Assembly (NCBI GenBank): GCA_002256425.1
Contig: NKIZ01000001.1
Coordinates: 1,073,943-1,137,942 of the forward strand
Source: Alphaproteobacteria bacterium PA2
GTDB lineage: Bacteria; Pseudomonadota; Alphaproteobacteria; Caulobacterales; Caulobacteraceae
Direction: 5' to 3'
Length of the DNA: 64,000 nucleotides
Position numbers and translations under genes: made by a program
Shown: positions 1-10,380 of the stretch, one piece after another
Position numbering within the stretch: the first letter of the stretch is position 1
Layout: each line of letters starts with the position of its first letter
The notes under the pieces: model-generated
Seen by the model: only the letters and a program-made list of their open reading frames with translations
Databases searched by the model: none
Told to the model about the DNA's origin: nothing

Positions 1-174
1 ATGAATACCGACAATCACGAAGAACATGAAAGGACCCTGCCCAGCGGTGAGGTCCGCAGGTTCTACGCCATGACGCACGGCGACTTCTACATCTGGGGCG
101 CGACCGCCGGCATGCTGAGGGCCCTCCGCCGCCGCCTTTATGATGGTCCCCAAAGCCTGGAGGCGGTCAGGTGA
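1..174 (+). CDS. C-terminal fragment of a Nudix-family CoA pyrophosphatase (5' part outside window)
   Basis: Frame 1 reads ...RRFYAMTHGDFYIWGATAGMLRAL..., the IWGATA motif typical of CoA pyrophosphatase C-termini. Its TGA (172-174) overlaps the GTG of the next gene. Confidence 0.75.
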   Translation: MNTDNHEEHERTLPSGEVRRFYAMTHGDFYIWGATAGMLRALRRRLYDGPQSLEAVR

Positions 175-1427
175 CTGACACCGTCGGGGTGCAGTCCTGG
201 ATGACCACGCCTCAGGTCACGGCCCTGTTTGACGCCCTCGAGGCGAGGGGCCGTCGAGGCTGCGCGCGGTTTGTTGGCGGTTGCGTCCGCAACACCCTGC
301 TGGGGGCGCCCATCGGCGACATCGACATAGCCACCACCCTGACCCCGGACCTTGTCACCGTCGCGCTCAAGGCTGCTGGAATCAGGGCGGTTCCGACAGG
401 CATTGACCATGGGACGATTACGGCCGTGATCGATGGCCTGCCCTTCGAGGTGACGACCCTGCGCAGGGACGTTTCCACGGATGGTCGCCGCGCCGTGGTG
501 GCCTTCACCCAGGATTGGGCACTGGACGCCCAGCGCCGGGACTTCACCCTCAACGCGGTCTATTCGGATCGGGAAGGTGTCCTTTTCGACCCCACAGGTC
601 GGGGAATCCCTGACGGAAGGGCCGGGGCGATCATCTTCGTCGGTGAGGCCAGGACGCGGATCGAGGAGGACAGTCTCCGGATCCTGAGGTTCTTCCGGTT
701 CCTGGCCTGGTATGGCCGGGGCGACCCTGATGCGGAAGCCCTCGAGGCCTGCCGCGCCCTGGCTGACGCCATCAGGAACCTACCTGCCGAGAGGACGTCG
801 AAGGAGCTGCTCAAACTCCTGGCCGCCGATGACCCCCGAATGGCCGTTGATCTCATGGCCAGGACCGGGGTCCTGGATATCATACTGCCAGACCATCGGG
901 ATCTGGCTGACTTCAGCGCCCTGGTCTGTTTGGCGGTTGAAGGGCGGATACAGTCTGATCCGGTCCTGCGTCTCGCCGCCCTCCTGCCACAGGACAGGGA
1001 GGCCGTGCGCAGGACCGCGGACACAATGCGGCTGTCCAACGCGGAGCGCGGCAGGCTGGTGGCGGCGGCGGAGGCCTCATTGGACTTGCGCCCCGACATG
1101 TCCCCGAAGCTTGCCAGACAGGCCCTCTACCAGATGGGTGCTTCGACATTCGTTGACCGCGTGACCCTCGCCTGGGCGGCATCAGGCTCGACAACCAGCC
1201 GGGCGGCATGGGCCGACCTCCTGGAACTGGCTTCAGCCTGGGTTCCACCGGTTCTTCCGGTCAACGGTGATGACGCTGCTGCAGCAGGCCTTCCCCGCGG
1301 TCCCCTGATCGGCAAGGCCCTGGCCGAGGTCGAGGCCTGGTGGCTGGATCGTGACTTCACGGACGGCAGGGCGGAGGTTCTGGAAAAACTGGGCGTCGTT
1401 GCGGCGTCCCTGGGAGGCGCGCCATGA
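171..1427 (+). CDS. cca: CCA tRNA nucleotidyltransferase / poly(A) polymerase family
   Basis: Motifs VGGCVRN, DIDIAT, EVTTLRRD, DAQRRDFTLNA, IEEDSLRILRFFRF. Confidence 0.9.
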   Translation: MTDTVGVQSWMTTPQVTALFDALEARGRRGCARFVGGCVRNTLLGAPIGDIDIATTLTPDLVTVALKAAGIRAVPTGIDHGTITAVIDGLPFEVTTLRRDVSTDGRRAVVAFTQDWALDAQRRDFTLNAVYSDREGVLFDPTGRGIPDGRAGAIIFVGEARTRIEEDSLRILRFFRFLAWYGRGDPDAEALEACRALADAIRNLPAERTSKELLKLLAADDPRMAVDLMARTGVLDIILPDHRDLADFSALVCLAVEGRIQSDPVLRLAALLPQDREAVRRTADTMRLSNAERGRLVAAAEASLDLRPDMSPKLARQALYQMGASTFVDRVTLAWAASGSTTSRAAWADLLELASAWVPPVLPVNGDDAAAAGLPRGPLIGKALAEVEAWWLDRDFTDGRAEVLEKLGVVAASLGGAP

Positions 1428-2125
1428 AGCTGGCCATTCTGGAGACGGGCCGCCCACCGGAAGATATTGTCGACCGGTTCGGCGACTATCCGTCCATGTT
1501 CCGCACCCTTCTGGGCGAGGGGGCGCATGACTATGCGACCTACGATGTCTCGGACGGGCAGTTTCCGGCCGAGGTCGAGGACCACAGGGCCTACATCATC
1601 ACGGGATCCTCGGCAGGGGTCTACGAGCCCCATCCCTGGATCGATCCGCTCAAGGGCTTCCTTCAGGCCGCCAAGGGGCGCACGGCCCTGGTCGGCGTCT
1701 GTTTCGGGCACCAGATCATGGCCGAAGCCTTCGGCGGCAAGGTAATCAAGTCGCCCAAGGGATGGGGTGTGGGTCTGCATCGCTATGAGGTGGCGACCCG
1801 GCATGCCTGGATGGACACAGCCGCGACCATTGGTGTGCCGGCATCCCATCAGGATCAGGTGGTGGAATTGCCGCCTGGCGCGCAGGTTGTGGCCGCCAAT
1901 GACTTCACGCCTTTCGGCATGCTGGCCTATGGGGACCAGAGAGCCATTTCGATCCAGTTGCACCCCGAGTTCACCCCCGACTACGCCAGGGCCCTGATCG
2001 AGACCCGCCGGGGAACGCGCTATACGGACGCCCAGGCGGAGGCCGCCCTTGCATCCTATGCCCAGGCCGACGACCGGTCCCGGGTCGGCGGCTGGATCGC
2101 AGAGTTCCTGGCCCGGAACGCCTAG
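1424..2125 (+). CDS. Type 1 glutamine amidotransferase (GMP synthase-like GATase)
   Basis: IITGS, GVCFGHQ nucleophile motif, QLHPEF. ATGA overlap with the upstream gene. Confidence 0.85.
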   Translation: MKLAILETGRPPEDIVDRFGDYPSMFRTLLGEGAHDYATYDVSDGQFPAEVEDHRAYIITGSSAGVYEPHPWIDPLKGFLQAAKGRTALVGVCFGHQIMAEAFGGKVIKSPKGWGVGLHRYEVATRHAWMDTAATIGVPASHQDQVVELPPGAQVVAANDFTPFGMLAYGDQRAISIQLHPEFTPDYARALIETRRGTRYTDAQAEAALASYAQADDRSRVGGWIAEFLARNA

Positions 2126-2736
2126 CCTGCGGCCCGGGCCATCCAGACCGTCGCTCCGGCGTTTTCAATGTCCAGTCGGTCCCAGCCACAACCTTCGTAA
2201 AAGCGAAGGGCGCGATGATTGTCTGCGCTGCATCCAAGATGGACCCGGTCCGCCCCGGCCCTGGATACAGCCTTCATCCAGGTCTCCAGCAATGGACGCC
2301 CCAGATGCACGCCCTGTAACCTGGGCAGCAGGTTTATGTGCAGGTGGGCGGGGTGGTCGGCGACTACGGACTGAGGCGTGGGTGGGGGGTAGTGTATCTG
2401 GGCGGCCCGCCATTGATCAGCTGTCCAGCCACTTTGGGAGGCGCCTTCAGGATAGGGATACAGTTCGCGGACCCTGGGCCACCAGACTTCACGGCACTGG
2501 GCTTCAAAGGCCCGGGTGTCTTCGGTTCCCAGGACGTAGCCGCCTACGCCCAATTCATCCTCGACGACGAAGGTCAGGTCAGGTCGGAGCGTTGCATAGG
2601 GCGCTGCGTAGATCTCGCCGATGATCCTTGGATTTTCATAGAGGTGGGAACCGTCACGGCCGCTGTCCCCGGTCTTCAGACAAATCTCGTAAAGCGCGTC
2701 GATATCCTCGGGCCGAAAGGGTCGGATGTGAGGCAT
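2122..2736 (-). CDS. GNAT family N-acetyltransferase
   Basis: HLHINLLPRLQGVHLG acetyl-CoA loop, N..ALRFYE..G C-terminal motif. Confidence 0.85.
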   Translation of the reverse strand: MPHIRPFRPEDIDALYEICLKTGDSGRDGSHLYENPRIIGEIYAAPYATLRPDLTFVVEDELGVGGYVLGTEDTRAFEAQCREVWWPRVRELYPYPEGASQSGWTADQWRAAQIHYPPPTPQSVVADHPAHLHINLLPRLQGVHLGRPLLETWMKAVSRAGADRVHLGCSADNHRALRFYEGCGWDRLDIENAGATVWMARAAG

Positions 2737-2752
2737 GTCGTGCGCTCCGCGA

Positions 2753-3628
2753 TCAGGGCCAGGCGACCATGGGCGGCATGGAGCTGAGAATGCTCTCGAT
2801 GTTTCCGCCGGTCTTCAGTCCAAACATGGTGCCCCGATCGTAGAGGAGATTGAACTCCACATACCGGCCGCGCCGCACAAGCTGCTCCGCCTTGTCTGAA
2901 TCTGACCACCCTTCATGCATGTGTCCACGGGCAATGCGCGGATAGACATCAAGAAAGGCCTCACCCACATCCTGGGTGAACTGGAAGTCGCGCTCCCAGT
3001 CGCCGGAATTGTGGTGGTCATAGAAGATGCCGCCAATGCCCCGGGGCTCATTGCGGTGCGGCAGGAAGAAATACTCGTCGCAGCGGGCCTTGTACTTCGG
3101 GTGCCAGGTCGGGTCGTGCCGGTCGCAGGCGGCCTGCATCGCCGCATGGAAGGTGATGGCGTCGGGGGCTTCCTGCGTCCGCTGGACATCGAGGGTCGGG
3201 GTCAGGTCTGCCCCGCCGCCGAACCAGCTCTGGGTCGTCGCCAGGAACCGGGTGTTCATATGAACCGCCGGAACCTTGGGATTGTGCATGTGGGCGATCA
3301 AGCTGATGCCCGTGGCCGTGAACCGGGGATCCTTGTCGGCGCCTGGCATGGTCGCGGCCATTTCCGGCGTGAAGGTTCCATGCACCAGCGAGATGTGGAC
3401 GCCGCACTTCTCGAAGAACCGCCCGCCGCGCATGAAGCCCATGACGCCGCCGCCGCCCGCCGGTCTGACCCAGGGCTTCAGCTCGAAGCGGCCGGGCGCG
3501 CCGGGGTAGAGGTCGGCGGGCGCCTCGTCCTCCATGGCTTCGAACTCAGCGACGATCCGGTCCCGGAGGGAGTCGAACCAGGCGCGGGCGCGGGTGTTGT
3601 AGCTTTCAAGGGTTGCGGCGTCGGTCAT
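2753..3628 (-). CDS. hemF: Oxygen-dependent coproporphyrinogen III oxidase
   Basis: [53 protein letters not shown]. Confidence 0.95.
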   Translation of the reverse strand: MTDAATLESYNTRARAWFDSLRDRIVAEFEAMEDEAPADLYPGAPGRFELKPWVRPAGGGGVMGFMRGGRFFEKCGVHISLVHGTFTPEMAATMPGADKDPRFTATGISLIAHMHNPKVPAVHMNTRFLATTQSWFGGGADLTPTLDVQRTQEAPDAITFHAAMQAACDRHDPTWHPKYKARCDEYFFLPHRNEPRGIGGIFYDHHNSGDWERDFQFTQDVGEAFLDVYPRIARGHMHEGWSDSDKAEQLVRRGRYVEFNLLYDRGTMFGLKTGGNIESILSSMPPMVAWP

Positions 3629-4086
3629 GGGACCACGGGATTAGGGAAAAGCGAGGTCTGACGCAACGCTTCGGAAAGTCCGATGGCGGCCGAGACCGTC
3701 ACATTGAATGACCTGCGTCCCGGGCTGAGGGGAATGATGACCCTCGCGTCGGCGGCTTCCGCGACCTCGTCGGGCACCCCAAGGCTTTCCCGTCCGAACA
3801 GCAGGACGTCATCAGGCCGGAACCGGAAGTCATGGAGAGGCGTGGCGCCCTTGGTGGTGAACAGGATGATTCGCCCGAGGTCCGCCGCAATGAAGTCGGA
3901 CCAGCCCGCATGGCGGGTAACTTCTGCCGGTTCGCCATAGTCCATGGCGGCCCGCCGGATGGCTTTGTCCGAGAGCGGAAAGCCGCAGGGCTCGATGACA
4001 TGCACTTTTACCCCCAAACATGCCCCTAATCTGAGGGCTGCTCCAAGGTTTTGCGGAATGTCCGGTTGAAAAAGCGCGAGCAGCAT
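3625..4086 (-). CDS. trmL: tRNA (cytidine(34)-2'-O)-methyltransferase, SPOUT family
   Basis: [29 protein letters not shown]. Start moved to the ATG at 4086; the ORF-track extension to 4212 lacks family features. Confidence 0.88.
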   Translation of the reverse strand: MLLALFQPDIPQNLGAALRLGACLGVKVHVIEPCGFPLSDKAIRRAAMDYGEPAEVTRHAGWSDFIAADLGRIILFTTKGATPLHDFRFRPDDVLLFGRESLGVPDEVAEAADARVIIPLSPGRRSFNVTVSAAIGLSEALRQTSLFPNPVVP

Positions 4087-4286
4087 TCTAAGCGGTCCAG
4101 CCACGGGATGCATGGGGCTAATCCGAATCATCGAAATGGTGGAGTCGCAAATTGCGGCGACGGCGTTTCCAAAGTTCGGGGCCGGCTCTACAATGTGTTT
4201 TGAGGGACCCAAGCCAGAATCTCTGACTGGGTCGAAGTCGGGCGGGAGCCATCCGGTTTCAGCCCCAACCGAAGGGTAGCTTAAAG

Positions 4287-4841
4287 GTGGCCAGCACCGT
4301 CATGGGCGCAACTCCCGAACACCATACCGGAGGGGAAGACCCCAACCGGCGTGATTTCATTCATATCGCCGCTACCGTCGCCGCCGTCGGCGCCGTCGGT
4401 GGGCTAGCGTGGCCGTTCATCGATCAGATGAACCCTGCCGCAGACACCCTGGCCCTGGCCTCGGTGGAATTCGACCTGTCCAAGGTCGAACTGGGGCAGC
4501 AGGTGGTGATCAAGTGGCGCGGAAAGCCGCTGTTCATCCGCCATCGCACCGGCAAGGAGATCGCTGCGGCGATCAAGGACGACAACGCGGCCCTGCGCGA
4601 TCCCCAGACTGACGAGGAACGTCACAAGGCCGGCAAGGCCGAGTGGCTGGTCCTGATCGGCACCTGCACCCACCTGGGTTGCGTGCCGACCTTCGGCGGC
4701 GGCGATTTCGGCGGCTGGTTCTGCCCCTGCCATGGTTCGCACTACGACACCTCGGGTCGTATCCGGAAGGGCCCTGCGCCAAAGAACCTGGCGGTGCCCG
4801 AATACACCTTCCTGTCTGACAGCAAGGTCAAGGTGGGCTGA
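4287..4841 (+). CDS. petA: Ubiquinol-cytochrome c reductase Rieske iron-sulfur subunit
   Basis: Tat-like RRDF, CTHLGC and CPCHGS Rieske boxes. Confidence 0.97.
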   Translation: MASTVMGATPEHHTGGEDPNRRDFIHIAATVAAVGAVGGLAWPFIDQMNPAADTLALASVEFDLSKVELGQQVVIKWRGKPLFIRHRTGKEIAAAIKDDNAALRDPQTDEERHKAGKAEWLVLIGTCTHLGCVPTFGGGDFGGWFCPCHGSHYDTSGRIRKGPAPKNLAVPEYTFLSDSKVKVG

Positions 4842-4846
4842 GGATC

Positions 4847-6166
4847 ATGAGCGGACATTCAAACTACGAACCCAAGAGCGGCTTCGAGAAGTGGCTCGAC
4901 GTGCGCCTGCCGATCATCCGGTTTGGCCATGACACCATTGTCGACTTCCCGACCCCGAAGAACCTGAACTACTGGTACACATTTGGCGGCATTCTTGCCC
5001 TTTGCCTCGGCATCCAGATCGTCACCGGCATCATTCTGGCCATGCATTATGTGGCCCATGTGAAGTTCGCCTTCGACAGCGTCGAGCACATCATGCGCGA
5101 CGTGAACTATGGCTGGCTCATACGCTATGTGCACGCCAACGGCGCCTCGATGTTCTTCCTGGCCGTCTATGTCCACATGTTCCGCGGCCTGTACTACGGC
5201 TCCTACAAGGCCCCCCGCGAAGTGCTTTGGCTGCTGGGCTGCGTGATCTACCTGCTGATGATCATCACCGCCTTCATGGGTTATGTCCTGCCCTGGGGTC
5301 AGATGAGCTTCCACGGCGCGGTGGTCATCACCAACCTGATCGGCGCCATTCCGGTGATCGGCCAGTCCATCACCACCTGGCTGTGGGGCGGCTTTGCGGT
5401 GGATAACCCCACCCTCAACCGCTTCTTCTCACTGCACTATCTGCTGCCCTTCATGATTGCGGGCGTTGTCGCCCTGCACATCTGGGCCCTGCACGTCCCG
5501 GGCAACAACAACCCGACCGGCGTGGATGTGAAGTCCAAGGAAGATACCGTCCCCTTCCATCCGTACTACACGGTGAAGGACGGCTTCGCGATTTCGGTCT
5601 TCCTGCTGATGTTTGCGGCCTTCGTGTTCTTCAACCCGAACGCCCTGGGCGACGCGGTGAACTATGTTCCGGCAAACCCGCTGGTGACGCCTGCGCACAT
5701 CGTGCCCGAATGGTACCTCCTGCCCTTCTACGCCATCCTGCGGGCCGTTCCGGACAAGCTGATGGGCGTGATCTTCATGGGCGGCGCCATCGCCATGCTC
5801 TTCCTGCTGCCCTGGCTCGACACCTCCAAGGTCCGGTCCATGCGCTATCGCCCGACGGCCAGGCTCTACTTCTTCATCTTCGTGGTGGTGACCCTGGTTC
5901 TGGGCTATTGCGGCGGCCAGCTGCCGGACAACAAGATCATTCCGGGACTTACGACGTTCCAGGTGATCGACGCAGACCTCAACTCGGTGGTCTGGTTGTC
6001 TCGCATGGCTACGGCCTACTACTTCGCCTACTTCCTGATCATCCTGCCGGTCCTGGGCCTCACCGAGACCCCTCTGCCCCAGCCGGAATCGATCAGCGAG
6101 CCTGTGCTTTCACATCCCGCCAATGCGCCAGCCGGTGCTGCGGCTTCGCCTGAAAAGAGGGGTTGA
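4847..6166 (+). CDS. petB: Cytochrome b
   Basis: [26 protein letters not shown] (PEWY motif). Confidence 0.97.
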   Translation: MSGHSNYEPKSGFEKWLDVRLPIIRFGHDTIVDFPTPKNLNYWYTFGGILALCLGIQIVTGIILAMHYVAHVKFAFDSVEHIMRDVNYGWLIRYVHANGASMFFLAVYVHMFRGLYYGSYKAPREVLWLLGCVIYLLMIITAFMGYVLPWGQMSFHGAVVITNLIGAIPVIGQSITTWLWGGFAVDNPTLNRFFSLHYLLPFMIAGVVALHIWALHVPGNNNPTGVDVKSKEDTVPFHPYYTVKDGFAISVFLLMFAAFVFFNPNALGDAVNYVPANPLVTPAHIVPEWYLLPFYAILRAVPDKLMGVIFMGGAIAMLFLLPWLDTSKVRSMRYRPTARLYFFIFVVVTLVLGYCGGQLPDNKIIPGLTTFQVIDADLNSVVWLSRMATAYYFAYFLIILPVLGLTETPLPQPESISEPVLSHPANAPAGAAASPEKRG

Positions 6167-6172
6167 GCCTCG

Positions 6173-7018
6173 ATGCTGCGCAAAGGTTTCGCTCTCGCGG
6201 CGCTGGGGCTTGCTTTCATCGGCGCCCCCGCCCTCGCGTCCACAACCGAGGAAGAGCCCAGGGAAGTTCACTGGAGCTTCCAGGGTCCGCTCGGCAAGTT
6301 CGACCAGGCCCAGCTTCAGCGGGGCTACAAGGTCTATCGGGAGGTCTGCTCGGCCTGCCACTCGATGAACCTGATGTCCTTCCGCAATCTGGGACAGAAG
6401 GGCGGGCCGTTCTACGACCCCGAATTCAAGAACCCGAATGACAACCCCTATGTGAAGTCCATCGCCAAGGAATATCAGGTCGACGATATCGACTCTGAAA
6501 CCGGTGATGTGGTGAAGCGTGCGGCGACATCGGCTGACGCCTTCCCCAATCCCTTCCCCAACGAACCTGCCGCACGGGCTTCAAATGGCGGGGCTCTGCC
6601 GCCGGACCTGTCCACCATGGCAAAGGCACGGGAGGGCGGACCGGCCTATATCTACTCCCTGCTGGTTGGCTATGAAGAAGCGCCCAAGGGCATGACCGTT
6701 CCGACCGGCCAACACTACAATCCCTATATGCCCGGCGACATGAGCAGCTACTGGACGGGTGATCCGAAGAAGGTGCCGATCGGCGGCTTCATCGCCATGC
6801 CGCCGCCCCTGGCGCCGGACAAGGTCACGTTTGATGATGGCGCCAAGTCCACCATCGAACAGCAGGCCCTGGATGTGACGGCCTTCCTGACCTGGGCCAG
6901 CGATCCCAAGATGGAAGAGCGCAAGTCCTTCGGTCTGGCCGCCATGATCTATCTGCTGATCTTCTCGGGCCTGCTCTATGCAAGCTACCGGCGGATCTGG
7001 GCCAATGTCAGCCACTAG
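6173..7018 (+). CDS. petC: Cytochrome c1
   Basis: Signal peptide, CSACH heme motif, PPDLS, C-terminal TM anchor. Confidence 0.96.
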   Translation: MLRKGFALAALGLAFIGAPALASTTEEEPREVHWSFQGPLGKFDQAQLQRGYKVYREVCSACHSMNLMSFRNLGQKGGPFYDPEFKNPNDNPYVKSIAKEYQVDDIDSETGDVVKRAATSADAFPNPFPNEPAARASNGGALPPDLSTMAKAREGGPAYIYSLLVGYEEAPKGMTVPTGQHYNPYMPGDMSSYWTGDPKKVPIGGFIAMPPPLAPDKVTFDDGAKSTIEQQALDVTAFLTWASDPKMEERKSFGLAAMIYLLIFSGLLYASYRRIWANVSH

Positions 7019-7049
7019 GCTGCCCAGGCTGCATTGACGACCGAAACAG

Positions 7050-7080
7050 AAAAGGCCCCGGTTTCCCGGGGCCTTTTTTT
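7050..7080. terminator. Bidirectional intrinsic terminator between petC and ychF
   Basis: AAAAGGCCCCGG-TTT-CCCGGGGCC followed by a T run: GC stem with an A run on one side and a T run on the other, between convergent genes. Confidence 0.9.
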
Positions 7081-7101
7081 GGTCTGCCGATCTGGAAGCT
7101 G

Positions 7102-8199
7102 TCAGACGTTGAAACGGAAGTTCATGACGTCGCCGTCCTGGACGATGTATTCCTTGCCTTCCGAGCGCATCTTGCCGGCTTCCCTCGCGCCAGCTTCGCC
7201 GTTCAGCCGGACATAGTCCTCAAAGGCGATGGTTTCGGCCCGGATGAAGCCCTTTTCGAAGTCTGTGTGGATGACCCCCGCCGCCTGCGGCGCTGTGGCG
7301 CCCACAGGGATTGTCCAGGCGCGGGCTTCCTTGGGGCCAGCGGTGAAATAGGTCTGCAGACCGACAAGTTTGTAGGCCTCGCGGATCAGCTTGTTCAGGC
7401 CGGGTTCTTCCAGACCCAGGGTCTCCAGGAATTCCCCACGCTCAGCGGGATCCAGCAGGGCGATCTCGCTCTCGATCTGAGCCGAGATGACCACGCAGTT
7501 GGCGTGGTCCCGCGCCGCCCGCTCGGCCACTGTGGCGGAGTGACCGTTGCCGGTTGCGGCGGAACCTTCCTCCACATTGCAGACATAGAGGGCTGGTTTG
7601 GAGGTCAGGAGTTGAAGCATCTCCCAGGCCTTGCCGTCTTCCTTGGGAACCTGAACGATCCGGGCAGGGCGCCCCTCGCGCAGTTCGGCCAGGGCGAGAT
7701 TGACCAGCTTGAGGGTGAGCGCACTTTCCTTGTCGCCGGTCTTGGCGCGCTTATCGAGATTGACCACCCGCTTTTCCAGACTTTCCAGGTCGGCGAGCAT
7801 CAGCTCGGTCTCGATGATCTCGAGGTCTGAAATCGGGTCAACACGGCCTTCGACGTGGGTGATGTCGTCGTCCTCGAAGCAGCGGGCGACAAACGCTACG
7901 GCGTCACAGTCGCGGATATTGGCCAGGAACTGGTTGCCCAGGCCTTCGCCCTTGGACGCGCCGCGCACCAGGCCGGCAATGTCCACGAAGTTGATCCGGG
8001 CAGGCAGGATTTCCTTTGACCCTGCAACCCGCGCCAGATCGTCGAGACGGGGCTCGGGGACGGCCACGTCGCCCACATTGGGCTCGATGGTGCAGAACGG
8101 GTAATTGGCCGCCTGGGCGGCTGCCGTCTGGGTCAGGGCGTTAAACAGTGTCGACTTGCCGACATTGGGCAGGCCGACGATGGCGACTTTGAGGGCCAT
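7102..8199 (-). CDS. ychF: Redox-regulated ribosome-binding ATPase YchF
   Basis: GLPNVGKST, NYPFCTIEPN, DIAGLV, GVIHTDFEKGFIRAE. Confidence 0.97.
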   Translation of the reverse strand: MALKVAIVGLPNVGKSTLFNALTQTAAAQAANYPFCTIEPNVGDVAVPEPRLDDLARVAGSKEILPARINFVDIAGLVRGASKGEGLGNQFLANIRDCDAVAFVARCFEDDDITHVEGRVDPISDLEIIETELMLADLESLEKRVVNLDKRAKTGDKESALTLKLVNLALAELREGRPARIVQVPKEDGKAWEMLQLLTSKPALYVCNVEEGSAATGNGHSATVAERAARDHANCVVISAQIESEIALLDPAERGEFLETLGLEEPGLNKLIREAYKLVGLQTYFTAGPKEARAWTIPVGATAPQAAGVIHTDFEKGFIRAETIAFEDYVRLNGEAGAREAGKMRSEGKEYIVQDGDVMNFRFNV

Positions 8200-8259
8200 G
8201 GGGATTTCAGTTTCCTGGTACGGGGCCAGGGCGGACGCCCGGGCGGTTCAGATATGAGT

Positions 8260-9000
8260 TTAGCCGTTGATGGCTGATGCGGCGAGATCGCGCCACCTGC
8301 GGCCTTCCTTGCGGAATTGGGGGTTGGTCTTGGCGAGTCGGCGATCCATCTCGGCGAGTAGTTCCTGTGCCTGCGCCTTGCGGCCGGTTCGGGCCAGAAA
8401 GGCCGCCTGACGCCCCAGGCCTTCCAGGCCGGGCAGGCGGCCTGCAGCCCAGTCATAGGCCGCCTCAGCCTCGGAGACCCGCCCAAGGGCCTCATAGACC
8501 CTTCCCTGGGCCAGGGAGGCTGCCGGCGTGCGCCCTTCCGGATCCAGGCTCAGTTGCTGAAGCAGTCGCAAGGCCTCCTCGGCGCGATCAAGCTCCAGCA
8601 GGGCGTTGGCGCGGCCGAGGAGCAGAACAGGGTCTTCGGCATGGACTCCATGGGCGGCCTCGGCATAAAGCCGCTCGGCTTCGGCATAGCGACCAAGCTG
8701 GGCCTCTGCCGCGGCGAGGCGGGACTGGTTGCGCACGGTCGGCGTTTCAGCAAAGGCCGTCCTGGCCTCCCGGTACTCGCGGTGGGGATCCAGGGTTTCC
8801 CGGGCGGCTTCCCCGAACCGTCGCGCCGTCCGCCCGCCAAGCAGTTCTGGCCCAATGACCGCGACCAGATAGACCACACCGCCCAGCGGCTGGAACATCA
8901 GGATGATCCATAACCAGAAGGTCTGCTGGCCTGACCGCACCACGTGGACGCAGAGGCCTATGGAGAAGATCAATGAAAGGCCAAGAAGTTCCAGGGGCAT
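8260..9000 (-). CDS. Membrane-anchored TPR-repeat protein, function unknown
   Basis: Two N-terminal hydrophobic segments followed by Ala/Leu-rich TPR-like helices (LGRYAEAERLY, LGRVSEAEAAY). Confidence 0.7.
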   Translation of the reverse strand: MPLELLGLSLIFSIGLCVHVVRSGQQTFWLWIILMFQPLGGVVYLVAVIGPELLGGRTARRFGEAARETLDPHREYREARTAFAETPTVRNQSRLAAAEAQLGRYAEAERLYAEAAHGVHAEDPVLLLGRANALLELDRAEEALRLLQQLSLDPEGRTPAASLAQGRVYEALGRVSEAEAAYDWAAGRLPGLEGLGRQAAFLARTGRKAQAQELLAEMDRRLAKTNPQFRKEGRRWRDLAASAING

Positions 9001-9003
9001 GGG

Positions 9004-9615
9004 CTATTGGTCTCCCTGCTTGGGATCAGACTTCTCCGCCGGCGCCAGACGCAGGACTTCAGTCTGATAGCGTTCATCCTCGCCCGCCGCCATAAGGGGT
9101 GCGGCATCGGCAACTGCCGAAATCAGGGCCGAAAGCCAGTTCTGGTCGACCTTGTGGAAGTCGGAAAGAACATGGCCCTGGACCCGGTCCTTGTGGCCAG
9201 GATGGCCTACCCCCAGTCGGGCCCGGCGGAATTCGGCAGTGATATGGGCTGTGACCGAGCGGACGCCATTGTTTCCCGCGGCGCCCCCGCCTGTCTTCAT
9301 GCGGAAGCGGCCCGGCGCCAGATCGATCTCGTCATAGAACAGCACGACATCACGGGGGGCCAGTTTGTAGAACTTCATGGCCTGGGACACGGATTGCCCG
9401 CTGTCATTGTAGAAGGTCTGCGGCTTGAGGATCAGGGCGCGCACAGGTCCTCCGGGGGTGGGGATGTCACCCTCCCGGATCAGGCCCTGAAACTTGGATC
9501 TCTCCGGGCCGAAGCCCCACCGGCGCGCAATGGCGTCCACGGCCATGAAGCCGATGTTATGCCGGTTGCCGGCATAACGCGCGCCGGGATTCCCCTGTCC
9601 CGCAAGTATGAGCAT
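9004..9615 (-). CDS. pth: Peptidyl-tRNA hydrolase
   Basis: GQGNPG..Y..NRHNIGF, LKPQTFYN.SG, GHPG..VLSDF. Confidence 0.96.
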   Translation of the reverse strand: MLILAGQGNPGARYAGNRHNIGFMAVDAIARRWGFGPERSKFQGLIREGDIPTPGGPVRALILKPQTFYNDSGQSVSQAMKFYKLAPRDVVLFYDEIDLAPGRFRMKTGGGAAGNNGVRSVTAHITAEFRRARLGVGHPGHKDRVQGHVLSDFHKVDQNWLSALISAVADAAPLMAAGEDERYQTEVLRLAPAEKSDPKQGDQ

Positions 9616-9651
9616 CTAGTCCTCCGGGGGCTGGAGGCAGCGGAGCCTTGA

Positions 9652-10254
9652 TCAGGCGTCCGCGTTCTCTTCACCGGCGGCGGCCGAAGCCGAAGCCGAA
9701 GAACCAGCCACGGTCGCAATCACCAGATCAGCAGGCAGAGCCGCGCTGGTGCCGGCCGGCAGGGTGAAGGCCGAAACCCGGATGGCGTCGCCGATGTCCA
9801 GACCGGTCAGGTCGAACACCAGTTCTTCCGGGATATGGTCTGCCGGGCAGTTCAGGTCGATTTCGTGACGAACGATGTTGAGCGTGCCGCCGCGCTTCAG
9901 GCCAGGAGACGCTTCCTGGTTCTTGAAGTGAACCGGAATGGCGATCTTGATCTGCTGATGCTCATCAACCCGATAGAGGTCGAAGTGCCAGGGCTGATCG
10001 GTGACCGGATGCATGTCCACCGCCTTGGCGATGACCGGCTGGGTCTCGTCGCCGTACTTCAGGGTCACCAAGTGACCCAGAAGCTTGCCGGTGTAGAGCG
10101 CCTTGCGGAACTCGTTTTCCTTCACCGCGATGGCCACAGGATCCTTGGCGCCGCCGTAAAGCACGCCGGGAACCTTGCCGGAGCGGCGGGTTTCACGTGC
10201 GCCGCCCGTGCCGGTGCGGTCGCGGACTTCAACGTTCAAAATGATATCGGCCAT
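9652..10254 (-). CDS. rplY: 50S ribosomal protein L25 / general stress protein Ctc
   Basis: R..G.VPGVLYG, HFDLYRV, PGLKRGG.L; upstream of pth. Confidence 0.95.
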   Translation of the reverse strand: MADIILNVEVRDRTGTGGARETRRSGKVPGVLYGGAKDPVAIAVKENEFRKALYTGKLLGHLVTLKYGDETQPVIAKAVDMHPVTDQPWHFDLYRVDEHQQIKIAIPVHFKNQEASPGLKRGGTLNIVRHEIDLNCPADHIPEELVFDLTGLDIGDAIRVSAFTLPAGTSAALPADLVIATVAGSSASASAAAGEENADA

Positions 10255-10380
10255 GGCCTTGCCTCAAAACGAAGTCGCCGCGCGAATGTCACGCGCGGCG
10301 GCGGACGACCCGTCAGGGCCGAAAGGTGGCGGTTGATACACAAAACCTGCGCCCATGGCAACGGGCGCAAGCCATGAGTC

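Noticed and set aside
4140-4165. RegA/PrrA-like GC palindrome upstream of petA (GTCGCAAATTGCGGC)
   Set aside because: The half-site order does not fit the consensus I recall, and such GC motifs arise easily by chance here.
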